Shown one piece after another: positions 33,214 through 43,178 of a DNA stretch of 64,000 nucleotides. The notes below the pieces were generated by a model. The model searched no databases. It had not been told where the DNA came from and saw nothing but the letters and a program-made list of their open reading frames with translations. Each line of letters opens with the position of its first letter. The stretch's first letter is position 1. A program made the position numbers and the translations under genes. The DNA comes from Gammaproteobacteria bacterium (GTDB taxonomy: Bacteria; Pseudomonadota; Gammaproteobacteria; G965277405), in the NCBI GenBank assembly GCA_965277405.1, contig OZ255726.1:1984001-2048000 (forward strand), given 5' to 3'.

Positions 33214-33900
33214 CTAGTCGTCTTCCGTGCTGCCTAGCTTGAGTAGCGTTGCATTGCCGCCAATGGCGGTGGTGTTGGTAGAAACCGTACGCTCGGTGAC
33301 AAAGCGCAATATATAGCGTGGTTGCATAATACTGCTGAATGCTACGTTATCGGTTTCTGCTACCAATTGGCAGATAAGCCCACTTTTTGCAGCGAGCTGT
33401 TGGTTGAGTGTTTGTGCGTGTTGCGCATCACATACAATAGCAATACCTGCCAACTGATCGGCTGCTACGAGCGCATCTTGTGCTGATGCTGCGATGTTTT
33501 GTATTACTCCCTCTGCAACAAATGGTGTGATAGCATCCATAATTTGCCGTCCCGTTTCTCCAACAGTAATTACTGGATTTCCCGCAATCAAAGCGGCAAA
33601 AATCTGACCGACCAACCCTATTTTTGCTGTGTCGTTCTCGATGGATGAGGTGCAGAGGAAAGGGCCACGACCGTGGCTAGACAATTCATTGCATTCCCCT
33701 GTTGGCCCAGGCATAACAACTGTTGTTGATATTTCTTGTTTGGCATTATCAAGCTGCCAAACTGCCATTTTTGCTTGTTCATCCTCCAAAGAAGCCAGAG
33801 CTGGTGCGAGGTATTCATAACGTCGATGGACACCGAGCATCTCCCAAGCTGCGAATGCCTGTTGCGCGGCGTGAACTTGCAGATGTTGGATGATTGTCAT
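33214..33900 (-). CDS. Stand-alone ALDH-superfamily domain homologous to the PutA C-terminal domain
   Basis: MPGPTGECNEL, AALIAGN, ERTVSTNTTAIGGNATL; overlaps the putA stop. Confidence 0.8.
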   Translation of the reverse strand: MTIIQHLQVHAAQQAFAAWEMLGVHRRYEYLAPALASLEDEQAKMAVWQLDNAKQEISTTVVMPGPTGECNELSSHGRGPFLCTSSIENDTAKIGLVGQIFAALIAGNPVITVGETGRQIMDAITPFVAEGVIQNIAASAQDALVAADQLAGIAIVCDAQHAQTLNQQLAAKSGLICQLVAETDNVAFSSIMQPRYILRFVTERTVSTNTTAIGGNATLLKLGSTEDD

Positions 33901-36900
33901 TATATGGACTCCTTTATATGGCGTTGTGCAATAGCAAAGCGTTGCAGGTAATGTGGACCTCCTGCCTTGGGACCAGTACCCGATAACCCTTGCCCACCAA
34001 AAGGTTGTACCCCAACAACAGCACCGATTTGGTCACGGTTGATGTATACGTTGCCAACGCGAGCGCGGTTGGCGATGCGGGTGCAAGTGGTTTCATTGCG
34101 GCTGTGAACCCCAAGAGTAAGGCCGAAACCAGAGTGGTTGATGGTGTCGATTATTTTGTCTAAATCACTAGCTTGGTAGCGGATGACGTGGAGGATAGGA
34201 CCAAATTTTTCATCGGTAAGCTGATCGATGCTAGAAATTTCAAACGCCGCAGGCGCAACATACGACCCTTTGTCTGCAAACGTTGGTAGCGCAGCTTGGG
34301 CGATCAGTTTGCCGGTTATTTTTATAGCTTCGATGTGTTCAAGCAACACGTCTTGAGCTTGTGTATTGACGACTGGACCGATGTCTGTGCTGCGCAGGTA
34401 GGGCAGGCCAACGGTTTGTTGCTCGATTGCCCCTTTCAGCATCTCTATAACCTGATCAGCAATGTCTTGTTGTATGAACATTACGCGCAGTGCTGAGCAA
34501 CGTTGCCCTGCTGAAGCGAAGGCTGAGCGCACGGCGTCACGCACGACTTGCTCAGGCAAAGACGTCGAATCAACCAACATGGCGTTTTGACCGCCAGTTT
34601 CTGCAATAACAGGAACTGGAGCAACTTTACGCGCGGCGAGTGCTTGGTTGATCAATTGTGCTGTCGCCAGCGATCCGGTGAAGGCAAGCCCTGCTATCCG
34701 TGCGTCGCTGGTAAGTGGTGGACCAATCGTTCGCCCATTACCTAGTACTAGGTGGAGAACGTCAGTTGGAACCAAGGCTTGGTGCAGCAATTCCACCGCG
34801 CGCAGCGCGATCAGGCTGGTTGGTTCAGCTGGTTTAGCAACCACTGTGTTGCCAACCACTAGCGCAGCAACGACTTGACCGACAAATATCGCTAGTGGAA
34901 AATTCCAAGGACTGATGCAGGCAAATACCCCGCGTCCTTGTAGCTGAATATTTTGCGTGTGTCCTTGGTAATCTGTGAACAATATCGGTGTTGAAAAATT
35001 ACTCCGTGCTTGTTGCGCATAGTAGCGACAAAAATCGACAGCTTCTCGTACTTCATCAATACTATCTTGGATGGTCTTGCCCGCTTCACGATGACAAAGT
35101 GCCACTAATTCATGGTAGTTTTCTTCCAACAAATCGGCCATACGATCTAGGCAAGCAGCACGCTCTGAGGTAGGGCGTGCAGACCACGTTGGGAAAGCAG
35201 TTGCAGCAAGATCAATCGCTTTGGTCACGGTTGCCGCACTTGCCCAATCGATTTTGCCAGCAGACTGGCTGTGATCATACGGGCTGAGCACTGTGTGCGT
35301 GTTGGCGCTTGCAACCTTGTTGCCGCCGACGATAGGGTAGCCGCGCCATTGGGTATGTTGTCCCATATAAGCGTCGATTTTTTGCTTGAATGGAATCCAG
35401 TCAGATGCGATGTTGATGTTCGGAGCGTAAGAATTTTTGCGGTCTGCAAACATAGCTGATGCTAGCTTGATGTGTGGATTTGCCAACGATTTACGGCTGT
35501 TCAAGGTGGTGGCAGGGTGGGTAACCAATGTGTCGATTGTGCAGCGAGCATCGATCAGTCGGTGGACAAAAGAGCTGTTTGCTCCGTTTTCGAGTAGACG
35601 GCGAACGAGGTAGGGCAGCAAATCTTTGTGGTTTCCCACTGGTGCGTAAATCCGCACACAGACGTCTTTTTCATTGATTATGGTGTTGTAGAGCGCGTCT
35701 CCCATCCCGTGTAACCGTTGGAATTCGAATGCCTGTGTTGTAGCCCCAAGTTGGCTTGCTAGGCAAGTGATGGTGGCAATGGTGTGGGCATTGTGACTGG
35801 CAAATTGTGGAAAAACATGAGTACGAATATGTGCGCTTAATAGAAAACGGGCACAGGCTAAATAGGAAACATCGGTAGACTCTTTGCGCGTATACACCGG
35901 ATAGCCATCGATGCCGCGCTGTTGGCAAAGTTTGATTTCGGCGTCCCAGTACGCTCCTTTTACTAGGCGAACAGGAATACGATCGCCTTGCTTTTTTGCT
36001 AAGGCGGCAAGCCACACCAGCGCAGGGAGCGCGCGTTTTGAGTAGGCTTGGATGGCAACACCAAACAACCCCCAACCACGGATGGCTTCATCGTGGTAAA
36101 GTTTTTCGAATAGCTGCAGGGAAAGTTCGAGACGGTCTGCTTCTTCAGCATCGATGGTAATCCCAACATTCAATACGCGTGCTTTGATGATCAGGTCTTT
36201 AACGCTTGCGAAAAGTTCGGTCATGACACGTGCTTTACAGCTGACTTCATAGCGTGGATGTAATGCGGAGAGCTTGATAGAAATCGTGGGGCGTTGACCG
36301 TTGTTAGCGTCGTTGCCAACCGCTGCGACCGCTTGCTGGTAGGATTGTAGGTACTGGTTGGCGTCAGCGGCGGTTAATGCCGCTTCACCGAGCATGTCGA
36401 AAGAGTAGGTATAGCCTTTTTCACGGTAGCTTTTGCCACGGGAAAGGGCTTCTTTCATATTACGCCCGAGTACGAATTGATGCCCAATAACTTTCATCGC
36501 TTGGTTCATCGCTTGGCGAATCACAGGCTCAGAAACACGGGCTACCATCTGGTTGATAAGGTTGGCGGGGCTACCATCTTGATTTTCATTCATCGTGACG
36601 ATTTTCCCAGTCAGCAATAGTCCCCAAGTGGCGGCGTTGACAAAGAAAGAATCGGAATTTTTTGCGTGAGATGCCCAGTCGGCAACGCTCAAACGGTCTT
36701 TAATGAAGGCATCAGCTGTCGCTTTATCTGGGACGCGCATTAAGGCCTCAGCTAAGCACATCAGCAAAATGCCTTCTTTGTTATCGAGGCTGTATTCAAG
36801 CAATAAAGTATCAATCATTGAGATGCTGTCGTCGGTTTGACGCACTTGTTGAATGAGTTGTGTCGCGGCTGCGGTGCAGGTTTTTAGTTCAGCATCAGTT

Positions 36901-37034
36901 GGCGTGGCTAATGGGAGTAACTCGTGTAGCCATGCTTCTTCATTGGCATGATACAGAGGGGAAATCAGCTGCCATAATTCGTTGATTGGGCGCTGAATAA
37001 AATCGGGGTGTAACACTTTGATTGCTGTAAACAT
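33900..37034 (-). CDS. putA: Bifunctional proline dehydrogenase / P5C dehydrogenase
   Basis: SFDMLGE, RLVKGAYWD, FEFQRLHGMG, ETGGQN, SAGQRCSALR; ATG 37034 after GAAGGAG; no N-terminal RHH domain. Confidence 0.96.
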   Translation of the reverse strand: MFTAIKVLHPDFIQRPINELWQLISPLYHANEEAWLHELLPLATPTDAELKTCTAAATQLIQQVRQTDDSISMIDTLLLEYSLDNKEGILLMCLAEALMRVPDKATADAFIKDRLSVADWASHAKNSDSFFVNAATWGLLLTGKIVTMNENQDGSPANLINQMVARVSEPVIRQAMNQAMKVIGHQFVLGRNMKEALSRGKSYREKGYTYSFDMLGEAALTAADANQYLQSYQQAVAAVGNDANNGQRPTISIKLSALHPRYEVSCKARVMTELFASVKDLIIKARVLNVGITIDAEEADRLELSLQLFEKLYHDEAIRGWGLFGVAIQAYSKRALPALVWLAALAKKQGDRIPVRLVKGAYWDAEIKLCQQRGIDGYPVYTRKESTDVSYLACARFLLSAHIRTHVFPQFASHNAHTIATITCLASQLGATTQAFEFQRLHGMGDALYNTIINEKDVCVRIYAPVGNHKDLLPYLVRRLLENGANSSFVHRLIDARCTIDTLVTHPATTLNSRKSLANPHIKLASAMFADRKNSYAPNINIASDWIPFKQKIDAYMGQHTQWRGYPIVGGNKVASANTHTVLSPYDHSQSAGKIDWASAATVTKAIDLAATAFPTWSARPTSERAACLDRMADLLEENYHELVALCHREAGKTIQDSIDEVREAVDFCRYYAQQARSNFSTPILFTDYQGHTQNIQLQGRGVFACISPWNFPLAIFVGQVVAALVVGNTVVAKPAEPTSLIALRAVELLHQALVPTDVLHLVLGNGRTIGPPLTSDARIAGLAFTGSLATAQLINQALAARKVAPVPVIAETGGQNAMLVDSTSLPEQVVRDAVRSAFASAGQRCSALRVMFIQQDIADQVIEMLKGAIEQQTVGLPYLRSTDIGPVVNTQAQDVLLEHIEAIKITGKLIAQAALPTFADKGSYVAPAAFEISSIDQLTDEKFGPILHVIRYQASDLDKIIDTINHSGFGLTLGVHSRNETTCTRIANRARVGNVYINRDQIGAVVGVQPFGGQGLSGTGPKAGGPHYLQRFAIAQRHIKESI

Positions 37035-37560
37035 CGTCGGGCTCTCCTTCAAGTTGACTGTCGTAACGTCTGTTGCTACATCTTCCATGATAATCATGGC
37101 GGCGTGCTCTTTGTTGTGTGCTGGTAGCAGGGTTTGCGTATCGTCTTTTAACCGCTACAATCCATCAGCAAATCCATCAGCAAATCCATCAGCAAATTGC
37201 GGATAAACTTGGATACGTGTATACCCACTAACCGCTGCAAACGCAGACCAATACTGGACAACACATTCCAATATTGTGCTTCATTCACGGTCTTTGCACG
37301 GTCTTTGCTAAGCGACCAAAACAACGTGTGTTGTTATCCTGTTGCAAACCCATAAACGGTAAGTCGTATTTTTTAAAAAGCAATTGAAAACGCGAGGTTA
37401 AGTTGAGGTATCGGCAGAAAAATTTCATCATTGAGGACACTATGCGGCAATAATTTTCTGCCCTGTTGATATTGCGGCAAGCCCGCTACATCCTGTGCAT
37501 AGGGTATATCTAAATGTAGGCTACAACGCACAAGGGAAACGATACGACGCCAGCGCGTTA

Positions 37561-37576
37561 CTTAATCAGAGGTTCC
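37561..37576. mobile_element. Solitary IS5/MITE terminal inverted repeat
   Basis: CTTAATCAGAGGTTCC, identical to the right ends of MITE B and D; no partner end found nearby. Confidence 0.7.
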
Positions 37577-37614
37577 CCGTTGCACCCAGCAATACCGCGC
37601 CAACACCCGCGGGT

Positions 37615-37633
37615 AATAATAAGAATTATTAGC
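37615..37633 (+). promoter_or_regulatory. Putative Fur box
   Basis: AATAATAAGAATTATTAGC matches GATAATGATAATCATTATC at 14/19, upstream of a TonB receptor. Confidence 0.65.
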
Positions 37634-37703
37634 ATTTAGTTATTGCTTTAATTTCTAATCGACTGTAGCGTATGCGGGTTTTAGCAATATAGGCAGGAAA
37701 ACC

Positions 37704-40700
37704 ATGCAGATCAACAACCCAGCCTCCGCTAATTATACCCGCCAGCAGCATGCTAATGCTCGCTGTGGTATGGTGAATGCAGTGGTGTTTAGCAGCGTGG
37801 TATTGAGAACCGTGGTAATGCGTGCAGTGGTTTTGAGCACCATGATATTGCTGGCTGCTAGCGTAGCGCGTGCAGCGGATACTACAGCGCATTATGCCAT
37901 CAAGCCAGGTCCGCTCGCCACAGTGCTGGCGGCGTTCGCTAGCGCGGCAGATATTGGCGTTGATATTGACCACTCGCTCACGGACGGCAAGCACAGCCAG
38001 GGTCTCCAAGGTGAGTATGCGCTAACCGCCGCCTTAACGTATATTTTGCGCGGTAGCGGGCTGGCAGCGCAGCAACTCGCAAACTCACGTTATGTTATTA
38101 TTGCTGCCGCTATTGACTCGGCAACAACGAATACGCCGAATACGCTTGCCATCCCCACCCTCACCATTGAAGATGCGGGGGTATCAGGCTACCTGCGTGA
38201 TGAACAAGGCTACGACGCAGTCTACGATAACAACGCTTCCACCGTGTACATGGGTAGGGCAGCAGTCCGCCGCAACGCTGGCACCAACCCTGCCGATTTA
38301 TTGCAGGGGATGGCTGGGGTATTTAGCGGCGATGCGCGCAATAGCGGGTCGATCGATGTCAATATTCGCGGGGTGCAGGGTCCCGGGCGGGTGCCAGTGA
38401 TTATCGACGGCACCGAGCAGGCAATCACCGTCTACCGCGGCTATAACGGCGTGAGTAACCGCAATTATATCGACCCGAACCTGATCAGTTCGGTGCGCAT
38501 CCATAAAGGTGCGAGTAACGCCCGCGATGTCAATAGCGGCATCGGGGGGGCGCTGGAACTAACCACGCTGATCCCCGCCGATATTATTGCAGAAGGCGCC
38601 GACTCTGGGCTAGAATTAACAATAACCAGCGGCGGCAATTCGGTCTCCCCGCGACTGCCGCGGCTGCATACTGGCGAATTAGCCGCAACCGTGAAAGGGT
38701 TTCCTGCCGATACGGGTGCTGGATTCAAGAACGTCGATAAAACACTACGGTTAACAACCCTCAACTCAAAATCACTCGCCGATGAAATCCCGCTCGGCGG
38801 CAACGACTTTTCCTACCGCGTCGCCGTCGCCAACACCTCCGCGCGGTTCGACTTCCTCGCCGCGTACGCCTACCGCCGCCGCGGTAATTACTATGCGGGT
38901 AGCAACAACGCCGGCTACTATGATGAGCCTGGCTTTTATGATCACGCAGGCAATTATGGTATGAAACATTTCTTCAGATCAAAAACAACTCATAAAAAAA
39001 TTAAAGATAGGACGCGTGCCCTAACCACCTACTGGCCACAAGGCGACGAAGTCACCAATACCTCGAGCGAGATGGCGTCGTGGCTGTTAAAAAGCAGCTG
39101 GCGGGTTGACAATGCGCAAAAAATAGGGTTCAACTTCCGCCAATCCAATTTGCTAAACGGCGAGGTCATGCCGTCGGCGACCATTACTTCTAGCGATCTC
39201 AAGTACGGTCTTGTCCAGTGGCCGTTGAGCGAGGTTAGCGCGCGCGCGTATAACGTCGACTACCGCAATACGCCGAATGATAACCGCTGGCTTGACCTCC
39301 ACGCCAACCTCTGGCGCACGGATACGCTCGGACACACTTATACGCGAGGCAATCCAAACCAAATTGACAAAGCAAGCGGTCTTATCGTAAATACTGGGTT
39401 TGTTGATTCTAGCCATACCCGCGATGGCATCACCTTGAGCAATACCATCGACCTTTCCAGCGCATTAGTGCTAACCGTCGGCGCAAATTTTCAGCACGAA
39501 AAACTAGCAAGCCTAGATGGTAAATACTATAGTACTAGAATGGAACGAGGAGGGCGGCGGCAGGAATGGGGCGGCAATCTCAGCCTCGCCTGGCAGCCGA
39601 ACGAGGCCTTAAAATTTAGCGGCGGGGTGACGTATTCGGCGTATTGGAGCTTCGACGACCGCCTTAAATATGTCATCGATGCAGGCGGCGAAGTTCCAGA
39701 ATTAAAGCATATTGTAAATGAAAACGTTACCTATTGGTACACTACAGGTGGTCTGCAGATTCCAACCAAGCAGCGCAGACAGTTAATAGGAAAGGAACTT
39801 GTAATATTAAATGATGCTAACAAAAAAAATGAAGATGATTATAACCAAATGGTAAATCAATGCGAACAAATGAAAAAAGGTGCGCTTGCACGCTTTGCGC
39901 CACCAGAGTGCACGCGGAAATATCTGGGTAAAATTTTGACACCATACTACACCGCAGCAGAAATGGACTTTATTACAGCTAACCGCGATAGTGCTGAAGC
40001 GATAGAAGCAGTACAACTAAAATTTGGCATCCCTATCAAATCTGAGCATCATAATGACCCAATCACCTTGCAGACGGATGTAGCTGGCGAGTATTCGTTT
40101 GCTGACAACCCGTGCTTTAATGGTGAGGTAGAACGGGCAATAGCAGACACAACAGGTAATGATAAGTCAGCGAAAATAACTCAGTGTACTATCAATACCA
40201 ACACAGATACCAGCGATGCCAAGGCGGAAAAGCTCCACGACGACGGCTGGGTGCCGCATCTTACCGCGAGTTATCAATTTACCCCGTATAGCCGCGGCTA
40301 CGTTAAATACAGCGAATTTCTCCGCTACCCGTCCATGTTCGAAAGCACTTGGGGGTTCTCTGCCGCGCTCGGCCCGTATGGACTCGACCCCGAGCACGCG
40401 TATAATTGGGAAATAAGCTATGTCCACGACCTAACCCAATGGCTGACTACCGCTGAATACGCTGACGTCAAACTCGCGTACTACGACCACTTAACCAAGG
40501 GCGTTATTGACCGCGGTGTTTCACTGTATTCTACTAATTTGGACGAAAAAAAGGTCCGCGGGGTAGAATTAACCATGCGCTACGACGGCGGTCGCTTGTT
40601 TAGCAATATTGCTGTCAACTACGTGTTGCAAAACCACGTCTGTGACGAAAGCTCCGCCGCATATAAATCGAGCGTGGAATATCGCTTGCCCACCTGCTTT

Positions 40701-41075
40701 GCATTCGGTATACCCAGTAGGGGGCGTCAACTCGCGCAAGCCACCCCTAAATTATCGGCGGATTGGGCGTTCGGCGGCCGGCTGCTCGACCGCCGGCTAG
40801 AGATAGGCAGCCGGGTGAAGTATTATACCCGCGACGCCAACGCTGACCTTGACGAGTATGCGACTTATTCCTCCACCTCTTTGTTAGTACGATCTTTTGG
40901 CTGGGGTAATACCCTGCTCGTTGACGCCTACGCCAACTATACAATCGATTCGAGTATCGCTGTCGAATTCGCCGCTGCTAACCTAACCGACCAATACTAC
41001 CTCGACCCATTAACCCGTTCGCAGATGCCCGCACCCGGGCGGACGCTGAAACTGAATTTGACCGCGCGGTTGTAA
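37704..41075 (+). CDS. TonB-dependent receptor with N-terminal STN domain (heme/hemophore receptor-like)
   Basis: STN-like YAIKPGPLATVL...GLQGEY; plug NIRGVQGPGRVPVIIDG; C-terminal NLTDQYYLDPL...APGRTLKL; start uncertain. Confidence 0.9.
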   Translation: MQINNPASANYTRQQHANARCGMVNAVVFSSVVLRTVVMRAVVLSTMILLAASVARAADTTAHYAIKPGPLATVLAAFASAADIGVDIDHSLTDGKHSQGLQGEYALTAALTYILRGSGLAAQQLANSRYVIIAAAIDSATTNTPNTLAIPTLTIEDAGVSGYLRDEQGYDAVYDNNASTVYMGRAAVRRNAGTNPADLLQGMAGVFSGDARNSGSIDVNIRGVQGPGRVPVIIDGTEQAITVYRGYNGVSNRNYIDPNLISSVRIHKGASNARDVNSGIGGALELTTLIPADIIAEGADSGLELTITSGGNSVSPRLPRLHTGELAATVKGFPADTGAGFKNVDKTLRLTTLNSKSLADEIPLGGNDFSYRVAVANTSARFDFLAAYAYRRRGNYYAGSNNAGYYDEPGFYDHAGNYGMKHFFRSKTTHKKIKDRTRALTTYWPQGDEVTNTSSEMASWLLKSSWRVDNAQKIGFNFRQSNLLNGEVMPSATITSSDLKYGLVQWPLSEVSARAYNVDYRNTPNDNRWLDLHANLWRTDTLGHTYTRGNPNQIDKASGLIVNTGFVDSSHTRDGITLSNTIDLSSALVLTVGANFQHEKLASLDGKYYSTRMERGGRRQEWGGNLSLAWQPNEALKFSGGVTYSAYWSFDDRLKYVIDAGGEVPELKHIVNENVTYWYTTGGLQIPTKQRRQLIGKELVILNDANKKNEDDYNQMVNQCEQMKKGALARFAPPECTRKYLGKILTPYYTAAEMDFITANRDSAEAIEAVQLKFGIPIKSEHHNDPITLQTDVAGEYSFADNPCFNGEVERAIADTTGNDKSAKITQCTINTNTDTSDAKAEKLHDDGWVPHLTASYQFTPYSRGYVKYSEFLRYPSMFESTWGFSAALGPYGLDPEHAYNWEISYVHDLTQWLTTAEYADVKLAYYDHLTKGVIDRGVSLYSTNLDEKKVRGVELTMRYDGGRLFSNIAVNYVLQNHVCDESSAAYKSSVEYRLPTCFAFGIPSRGRQLAQATPKLSADWAFGGRLLDRRLEIGSRVKYYTRDANADLDEYATYSSTSLLVRSFGWGNTLLVDAYANYTIDSSIAVEFAAANLTDQYYLDPLTRSQMPAPGRTLKLNLTARL

Positions 41076-41163
41076 ACCGCGCAGTTAAAAACCCCGAAGC
41101 AACTGCTTCACCTGTGTTATTTTCGTTTTGGAAATAATAAATTGTAATACCTAGGAATTTTCT

Positions 41164-42021
41164 ATGAAAAAACTAAAATTATTAACCACCATCGCGCTAG
41201 TGACTGGTGCGCTCGCCGCGCCAGCCCACGCCGAAACCGAAACACAAGTCGTTGTATTTAACCTTGACGAAATACAAGGTGGTTCGTCGAATCGTGAGAA
41301 AGTGATTGTCGGCGAATCAAATGTAGACCGCCCGCCGTCTCATACTGTTGGGAAGGCGGGGATTGGCGCTGGATATGGTATGAAATCGCAATCCATGGTA
41401 GACTTTGCTGGGTTGGCAGACGCGGCACCCGCCGACGACAACGAGGTGCATTCGTTGAATTTCCCGTATGATGGTGCCCCGAAAACCCATGATGACTTTG
41501 GGGTATTCCACTTTGCGCAAGTAGGCGCAAACGACGTTTGGTTTGGCGAATGGTCACAAACTGCCGCCGTCAAGGACCAAACCAATACCGTGTACTACGT
41601 CGGAGATAATGCCGATGATAGGATAACAAGAACCGATAGTGCCGCTACTTACACGGTGACAGGTATCAATAACTACACAACAGCGGCTAACAACGGCCTA
41701 TCTGGTACTTTTACTGCTAATTTTAGGGTTTTAACCCTAACAGGGTCTATGCGTACTGCCAACTTACCTAGCGGCATATTAATAAATATTGGCACGGCGC
41801 ATATTAACCCCAAAAGCGCTTTGATTGCTACTAGCGCAAATGGCACAGACGCAGCATCCGTAAAGATCATTTTAGATGGAGCAATTTCACCATGGTTTGG
41901 TGATGCAAATGGCAGAGTTCTCGGGCAGTTCTACAACGGACAGGCTAACCTCGCTGGGATGGTTACCTTTGCAGATAATCCTGTATTCGATACAGCGTTT
42001 GGTGGTAGTAGAGATCAATAA
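41164..42021 (+). CDS. Hemophilin/HphA-like secreted protein (TbpB C-terminal barrel fold, Slam-substrate type)
   Basis: Signal peptide AHA|E without lipobox; H..GKAGIG, H..FGVFHFAQVG..DVWFGEWS, TVYYVG, ATYTVTGIN, G.FY...LAG, DTAFGGSR motifs. Confidence 0.75.
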   Translation: MKKLKLLTTIALVTGALAAPAHAETETQVVVFNLDEIQGGSSNREKVIVGESNVDRPPSHTVGKAGIGAGYGMKSQSMVDFAGLADAAPADDNEVHSLNFPYDGAPKTHDDFGVFHFAQVGANDVWFGEWSQTAAVKDQTNTVYYVGDNADDRITRTDSAATYTVTGINNYTTAANNGLSGTFTANFRVLTLTGSMRTANLPSGILINIGTAHINPKSALIATSANGTDAASVKIILDGAISPWFGDANGRVLGQFYNGQANLAGMVTFADNPVFDTAFGGSRDQ

Positions 42022-42044
42022 TCTTGTTTGTTATTATATTCAAC

Positions 42045-42076
42045 CCGCGCATGCAGGTGCATGCGCGGTTTTTTTT
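42045..42076 (+). terminator. Rho-independent terminator
   Basis: CCGCGCATGCA-GG-TGCATGCGCGG followed by T8. Confidence 0.85.
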
Positions 42077-42235
42077 ACTGTATTGTTTACTGCTGCTGCT
42101 GCTCCCATTCGCCACCGCAGCGAGCGTTTGAAATTATCGAATCTGTGTATCCAACGAATATCGGGTGACATCAGAATCTCCGTTATGTAAATGCTGGACG
42201 TAGTTCCTTAAAACTAATTGTTGGGGTACGGGCTA

Positions 42236-42598
42236 TTATTGCTGATTTTTTTTTGCAACATCAGCAAACCGCAGCGCTGGCTTGTTGTCGCAAATTGGCA
42301 AAGGGATTTTTTGTGCGTCGATGATGTCTTTAAAATACGGCGCCACTTGCCGCATATCGACAACATCCACTGTGTAGGGCAAGTGGGATTCGTCAAAGGC
42401 GCGGCTGAGCTGCCTGGAGGTGGAGTGGGCAAGCGCACTTGGGGCTTGGATGGCGATATCCAAATCTGAATTGTGTCTGGTGTGACCGTTGGCGCGGCTG
42501 CCAAACACCCAGACGCGGGTATCATGTGGCAAGATGCTTTGCAATATCTCTTGCACTATGGCGAGTTCTGGTGTTGTTATATCAAGTTGTGCGGTCAT
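42236..42598 (-). CDS. Minimal nucleotidyltransferase (MNT) antitoxin
   Basis: VFGSRANG...SDLDIAI (GSx10DxD), LPYTVDVVD. Confidence 0.88.
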   Translation of the reverse strand: MTAQLDITTPELAIVQEILQSILPHDTRVWVFGSRANGHTRHNSDLDIAIQAPSALAHSTSRQLSRAFDESHLPYTVDVVDMRQVAPYFKDIIDAQKIPLPICDNKPALRFADVAKKNQQ

Positions 42599-43032
42599 TT
42601 TTCACCGTTATGCTTGGCTGGCAGGGCGTGCAATAGATAGTCCACTTCATTGCAGAAGGTGTGAATGTCTTGCATGATTTTCAGCACTACATCAAGGTTG
42701 TAACCGTGGGCGGTTTTATTGCGATTGTCTCGATACAACCACCAGCTGTCCCAGCTGCTTTTAATGATTTTTTGGCTGTATGCCTCACGTATTTTGCCCT
42801 GAAAGCTCATTTCGTGTACTGCGCTTGGGTTGGCTGCTGCCATCGAGAGGTGGCGAGTGATCATTTTGGCGGCAAGGTCATAACAGTATTCGAAACGTTG
42901 GATGCAGGCGTCGCGCACAAATTCGTTGCTGGTGTCTTTGTTATATTCGTCTAACGCTAGTTTGAAGCTGGTCAAAGCTTTGTCTAATGAGGTTAGATCA
43001 AGGGTTGCTGTTATGTGTTTCTTTGTATTCAT
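42595..43032 (-). CDS. HEPN-domain toxin (HI0074-like)
   Basis: RDACIQRFEYCY and Rx4HxY motif RNKTAHGY; 4-bp overlap with the MNT gene. Confidence 0.88.
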   Translation of the reverse strand: MNTKKHITATLDLTSLDKALTSFKLALDEYNKDTSNEFVRDACIQRFEYCYDLAAKMITRHLSMAAANPSAVHEMSFQGKIREAYSQKIIKSSWDSWWLYRDNRNKTAHGYNLDVVLKIMQDIHTFCNEVDYLLHALPAKHNGEK

Positions 43033-43178
43033 TGGCAAGCCATTGCTAAAATGTAGTAAGGCATTCAGCCCACAATACAAATAAATCGGAGTTATTGTAA
43101 GGGATGTAAAGGTTTAATAAATTGCTAATACAAGAATACTGCAAATGAAACCCCACGATAGCGCTTGCAGCTATTGAT

